Part shown: piece by piece, positions 61,500 to 64,000 of the stretch
Numbering within the stretch: position 1 is the first letter of the stretch
Layout: the number at the start of each line of letters is the position of its first letter
From: Azolla caroliniana
Taxonomy: Eukaryota > Plantae > Polypodiophyta
Assembly: GCA_043228905.1 (NCBI GenBank)
Contig: JBHGNT010000012.1
Coordinates: forward strand, 4,154,001 to 4,218,000
Length of the DNA stretch: 64,000 nucleotides
Reading direction: 5' to 3'
The notes under the pieces: generated by a model
The model's database searches: none
What the model saw: the letters and a program-made list of their open reading frames with translations, nothing else
Told to the model about the DNA's origin: nothing
Translations under genes and position numbers: made by a program

Positions 61500-64000
61500 T
61501 ATTAACAGGGGTTCAACGTTAAGGGGGAGGGAAGCGAGAGAGAGAGAGAGATTAAGAGAGAAATGGTTATTGTATTCATTCATTCCCTATAAGGGGTTAA
61601 ATAGGTACAAAGAGGTAGATCCACAAGGGTACAAGCCCCTTGGGCATTCACACCTAGTCACTCACTCACACCTCTTTGTATCCACCACACTCACACCTAC
61701 ATTCACACTCATAATTGTATAAGATTATACATACATATCAACACATTACATCTTTCACCCTCACTTATCAATCACCCGTACATCTCGTACGGTAACACAA
61801 TATGGCACGCCCATGGGAGAGTGCCTTGCACATCGATCCCACATGCCTTGATCATAATCTTTCTTCGACTGGAATTTCCATCGGTCCTCTCAACGATCGA
61901 CTCCCTCGATTGGAGCGCTTGACTCAAACATCGCCGTCGGTCAGCGAATCTTCATCGACACGAACATTCTCGTTCTGTCATTCACGAACTTCGGTAACAT
62001 CAACGATCAACTCCCTCGATCGGAGCGCTTGACTCGAACATCTCCGTCGGTTAGCGAATCTTCATCGACATGAACATTCCCGTTCTATCGGTTCACGAAC
62101 TTTGGTATCCTCTTTTGGGTCCTTAAAAACGTTGTGTGTATGTATATCTTCCTTTTGTTGATTTTGTGAGTTGTGTGTGGATCGCATCCATTTCTTTTAG
62201 GTTGATAGAATTTCGTAGGTGCCCTTTGGTTTTTAAAATTCTATCATGTACCCTTATGTTTTTAAAGTTATGCTTGATACCCCTTAAATGTTTTAAAATT
62301 TCATGGATGCCCTCATCTCCTTTTTTCCCTCTCTCTTTTTTCTGTTTGCTTCTATCTCTCCTGCTCGTGTTTGTCTGTCCATGCCTTTCTCTTCTTCCAT
62401 GAATTCTTCTTTCTCTTCCTTCTTTGTTCATCAACGGCTACATCTCCTTCCACGTGTTCTTCCTCTTCTTCTTCGTTTTCGTCTTCTTCTTCTTCTTCTT
62501 CTTCTTCTTCTATGCATTTCCCTTCTCTCATCTTCTTATTTTGTGCATGTCTACATCTTTCTTCTCAGCGTTGTCTTTGTTTTGGTTGTCGTGGTTGGTG
62601 TCCAACCATCTGGCCACTCCGGCCATTGTTCGGCTATTCCGGCCGCTTCGGCCGCTCGTCTGTCTCCATCTCCCGCCGTGGTCATCTCTAACCGCTGTTG
62701 TCGTCCTTGTCCGGCTGCCTCCGTTCGGCCACTATGACCGCTCTTAGGTTGCTCTCCGGCCTCTCCTCCGTCTCTGTCGGCGTTCAGTTGTCGTCGTCGT
62801 CATCATCTTTCTGCTGTGAGTTCGGTCTGTCGTCCCGACCGTCTGTCTGTTTCTCCGTCTGTTTGGCCCTCGATGGCTCGGCTGCTCCAACCTTTGTCCG
62901 GCTATTCCAGTCGCTCTTCAACTGTTATATACCCATTCCGACTGCTCTCTGGCCGCTCCGACTGCTCTTCAGTTGTTGTCCAGCCATTCCGACCACTCTC
63001 CGGCCACTTCGGCCGCTCCAGTTGCTCGTCTCTGTGTCCGGCTTCCTTCGTTTCCCCGGCCTTGTCCAGCCCTCCGGCGGCTCCGGCTGATCCAGCCACT
63101 GTCCGGCTATTTCGACCGGTTTTTGGCTCTTTTGGCTGCTCTTTCCGCTGTCTGGCCCATCTGGCCATGTCTGTCCGGTCCTTCTCCAGATTTCTCTATC
63201 GACGGGCTTGTCGGCCCTATTCGGCCGTCTATTTTGGCCAAGGTTCTTCGCTTTTCAGCGTCACTGTCGCTGTTTCGCCAGTGTACTCCGCTGTTTGTGT
63301 CCAACGTGTCTCTAGCCAGTTGTACGGCCGACTCCGTCATCATTCCGGCCGCCATCATTTGTTTGGCCACCGATGTCGCTTCATCCTGCCCTTGTCTCGG
63401 CCGTTGTTCGGTTGCCATCCGTCTTTGACCCTATCTTTTCGGTCCTTCGTTCATTCTTCCGTCCATCCATTCAGTAGTTCGTTCTTTCTTTCCGACCATC
63501 AAGTCTATCTTCAGCAGTCTTTGTCTCTTCGCATATCTATCGTTGTCCGACTGTCTTCGTTCATCCCGACCGTTGTCCCCTGTCATCTCCGTTGTTCGAC
63601 ACGAATGTCCATGTCTTTCTGGTTGTCCGGTTCTTGTCCCGATCATCTTTGGTCTGGCCATCGTCGTCGTTGTTGTTGTTGATCTCTCTGTCATTCCGGT
63701 TGTCGCTATGTCTATTTCTTTTTTTTCGTTATCATGGTCATTTCCAACACATTGTTGTCGCCATTTCTTGCATAGTACCGATTTGATTTGCTACACATCA
63801 TAAATTCGATTTATCGCACATCATCGATTTGATTTCATGCACATTTTGTTGTCGCCATGGCTTTGCCGCGTATTAGTCTTCAACTTCATCTTCAAAGGGG
63901 GTCGCCTTAGTGGTCGCCAAAAAGTGTTGTAAGTTTTAGGGTTAGGGTTGATGGTGATGGTGATCGAAAGCCGTCGAGGAATGCAACATGGTGATGCTAT
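61500..64000 (+). mobile_element. 5' LTR, tRNA-Arg-like PBS and long leader of a probable Tat-type Gypsy element
   Basis: Putative LTR ~61500-61797 ending GGTAACA; TGGCACGCCCA-TGGGA at 61803-61818 resembles a tRNA-Arg PBS; followed by tandem repeats and a pyrimidine-rich low-complexity leader. No coding domain in the window. Confidence 0.5.
61891..62110. repeat. 110-bp tandem duplication
   Basis: caacgatc.actccctcgat.ggagcgcttgactc.aacatc...ttcacgaact at 61891 and 62001. Confidence 0.9.

Noticed and set aside
62303-63803. Overlapping 100-288-aa ORFs
   Set aside because: Low-complexity pyrimidine-rich sequence lacks stop codons by composition; no recognisable protein.
63935-63949. Interstitial telomere (also AAACCCTAA motifs at ~8953, ~17331)
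   Set aside because: Only one or two units each; too short to support.

Overview
Repeat-rich, intron-containing plant nuclear DNA; the transposon lineages suggest a non-seed plant, but this is inference only. There are two host genes. One is a degenerate, 3'-truncated ZIFL-type MFS transporter pseudogene (13 exons, 3209-7246, +). The other is an intact two-exon GH17 beta-1,3-glucanase with an X8 domain (18127-20452, +). Between them lies a composite tandem array (about 700-bp then about 285-bp units) holding a captured 460-bp unspliced ZIFL fragment. The block 26846-55204 is an approximately 0.8-kb non-autonomous LTR element (tRNA-Ala PBS, 4-bp TSD) inflated to 28 kb by six nested retrotransposons, four levels deep, with boundaries fixed by TSDs. 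Highlights in this stack: (i) two related Copia elements facing each other with the centre deleted, leaving an LTR-driven gag/anti-gag inverted repeat with 1.6-1.7-kb arms (Mu killer-like hairpin candidate); (ii) a tRNA-Trp-primed, 4-bp-TSD Gypsy whose gag-PR and pol join at a G GAU UUU UAG -1 frameshift site with a predicted pseudoknot; (iii) a young Copia with a swapped gag; (iv) a 25/26 match to the SMART/PacBio amplification primer written into the assembly. The right end holds a hAT-type MITE inside an RTE-like LINE, a Copia with an in-frame extension after RNase H, and the start of a tRNA-Arg-primed Gypsy-like element. All coordinates, tRNA matches and identities were read by eye.
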